A program made the translations under genes and the position numbers. The notes under the pieces were generated by a model. That model worked only from the letters and a program-made list of their open reading frames with translations. It had not been told where the DNA came from and searched no databases. This document shows positions 36,021 to 36,511 of a stretch of DNA of 36,511 nt, one piece after another. The first letter of the stretch is position 1, and every line of letters begins with the position of its first letter. This stretch comes from Planctomycetota bacterium (GTDB lineage Bacteria; Planctomycetota; Phycisphaerae; SM23-33). The stretch covers positions 1-36,511 of the forward strand of contig JAGHBS010000126.1 of NCBI GenBank assembly GCA_021160865.1. Reading direction: 5' to 3'.

Positions 36021-36511
36021 ATGGAAAAAGCAATTCAGCGATGCGGTTTTGTTGCAGTTGTGGTATTTGTTTGCTTCGCTGCTATCAATCAGGGTTATGG
36101 AGCGATCAATTCCTGGGGCGACGTTCAGCCACCTGATCCATCCACGTGGACGAGCGACACAACTGCCTACATCGGTAAAGATGCCAATGGTGGAATAAGC
36201 GTTACCGAAGGCGACCACATAGTAGCCCATGAAGCCTACCTTGGTTATAATGAGGACGCATCCGGGATAGTCACCATTGATGGTGTAGGTTCAAGCTGGA
36301 ACTGCTATAGAGGGAGTCTTTACGTCGGCGGTTCCGGTCAGGGGACGCTGGAAATCAGCAACGGTGGATCTGTCAGTTGCTGGTATGGATATATCGGCAA
36401 TGAAACTGACTCGACGGGAGAAGTATCCATTGATGGTGCAGGTTCAAGCTGGTACTGCGAGTACCGTCTTTCCATTGGCTACTATGGTGGGGGGACGCTG
36501 GAAATAAGCAA
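36021..36511 (+). CDS. Secreted surface protein with T5SS/PEP-CTERM-associated-type beta-strand repeats, N-terminal part; continues past the window end
   Basis: Not in the ORF track because it runs off the edge. ATG 36021 follows an AAAGGAG Shine-Dalgarno. The translation begins MEKAIQRCGFVAVVVFVCFAAINQGYG (signal peptide). Repeated blocks G.V.IDG.GSSW.C...L.(V/I)G..G.GTLEIS(NGG.V) follow. Confidence 0.8.
   Translation, partial: MEKAIQRCGFVAVVVFVCFAAINQGYGAINSWGDVQPPDPSTWTSDTTAYIGKDANGGISVTEGDHIVAHEAYLGYNEDASGIVTIDGVGSSWNCYRGSLYVGGSGQGTLEISNGGSVSCWYGYIGNETDSTGEVSIDGAGSSWYCEYRLSIGYYGGGTLEIS
36276..36511 (+). repeat. Tandem coding repeats of about 150-153 nt (50-51 aa) within the surface-protein gene
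   Basis: ATTGATGGTGTAGGTTCAAGCTGGAACTGC at 36276 recurs as ATTGATGGTGCAGGTTCAAGCTGGTACTGC at 36429. GGGGACGCTGGAAATCAGCAA at 36341 recurs as GGGGACGCTGGAAATAAGCAA at 36491. Confidence 0.75.

Noticed and set aside
1-36511. Scanned for tRNA T-arm motifs (GGTTCGAATCC-like), rRNA, CRISPR-like spaced direct repeats, IS inverted repeats or transposases, integrases, toxin-antitoxin pairs and recognised defence genes.
   Set aside because: None was seen. The only TTCGAA-containing sites (for example 22139) lack flanking complementary arms. No spaced repeat array or mobility gene is present.

Overview
This is a 36.5-kb chromosomal segment, densely coding and mostly housekeeping. It comes from a Gram-negative bacterium that uses PEP-CTERM/exosortase-type surface proteins. 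A Planctomycetota/PVC-like origin is only an inference from gene content. No rRNA, tRNA, CRISPR array, transposase or prophage gene was recognised.

Gene content in order:
- gcvT 5' end (1-264, minus)
- a secreted HEAT-like protein
- a five-gene Opp/Dpp-type peptide ABC importer
- a DUF2520 Rossmann protein divergent from panB
- htrA
- a membrane-anchored SNase-fold protein
- an hsp20-lon heat-shock pair
- a zinc-ribbon protein, a small membrane protein and a translationally coupled dinG-like helicase
- two PEP-CTERM cargo genes
- a stand-alone homocysteine S-methyltransferase
- a MerR-family regulator and a FliA/WhiG sigma factor
- a more GC-rich TolC/MacA/MacB-type efflux operon
- acyP
- a WYL-domain regulator coupled to dtd
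- ribE, pdxA and leuA
- the 5' end of a T5SS/PEP-CTERM-repeat surface protein

The best unlisted signal is upstream of leuA on the minus strand (35293-35486). It consists of an extended -10 promoter, a 33-codon leader ORF ending in LAGLLLGLLC, and mutually exclusive antiterminator and terminator hairpins. Together these look like a leucine-sensing, ribosome-mediated attenuator.

Other points worth a second look:
- an SNase-like protein with a degenerate active site and an HHR tandem repeat
- lon homology that extends upstream of the first canonical start codon
- the membrane-protein/DinG coupling
- the WYL-dtd coupling
- a perfect 24-bp palindrome on the merR-like promoter

I cannot point to a clearly novel multi-gene system such as a defence island in this window.
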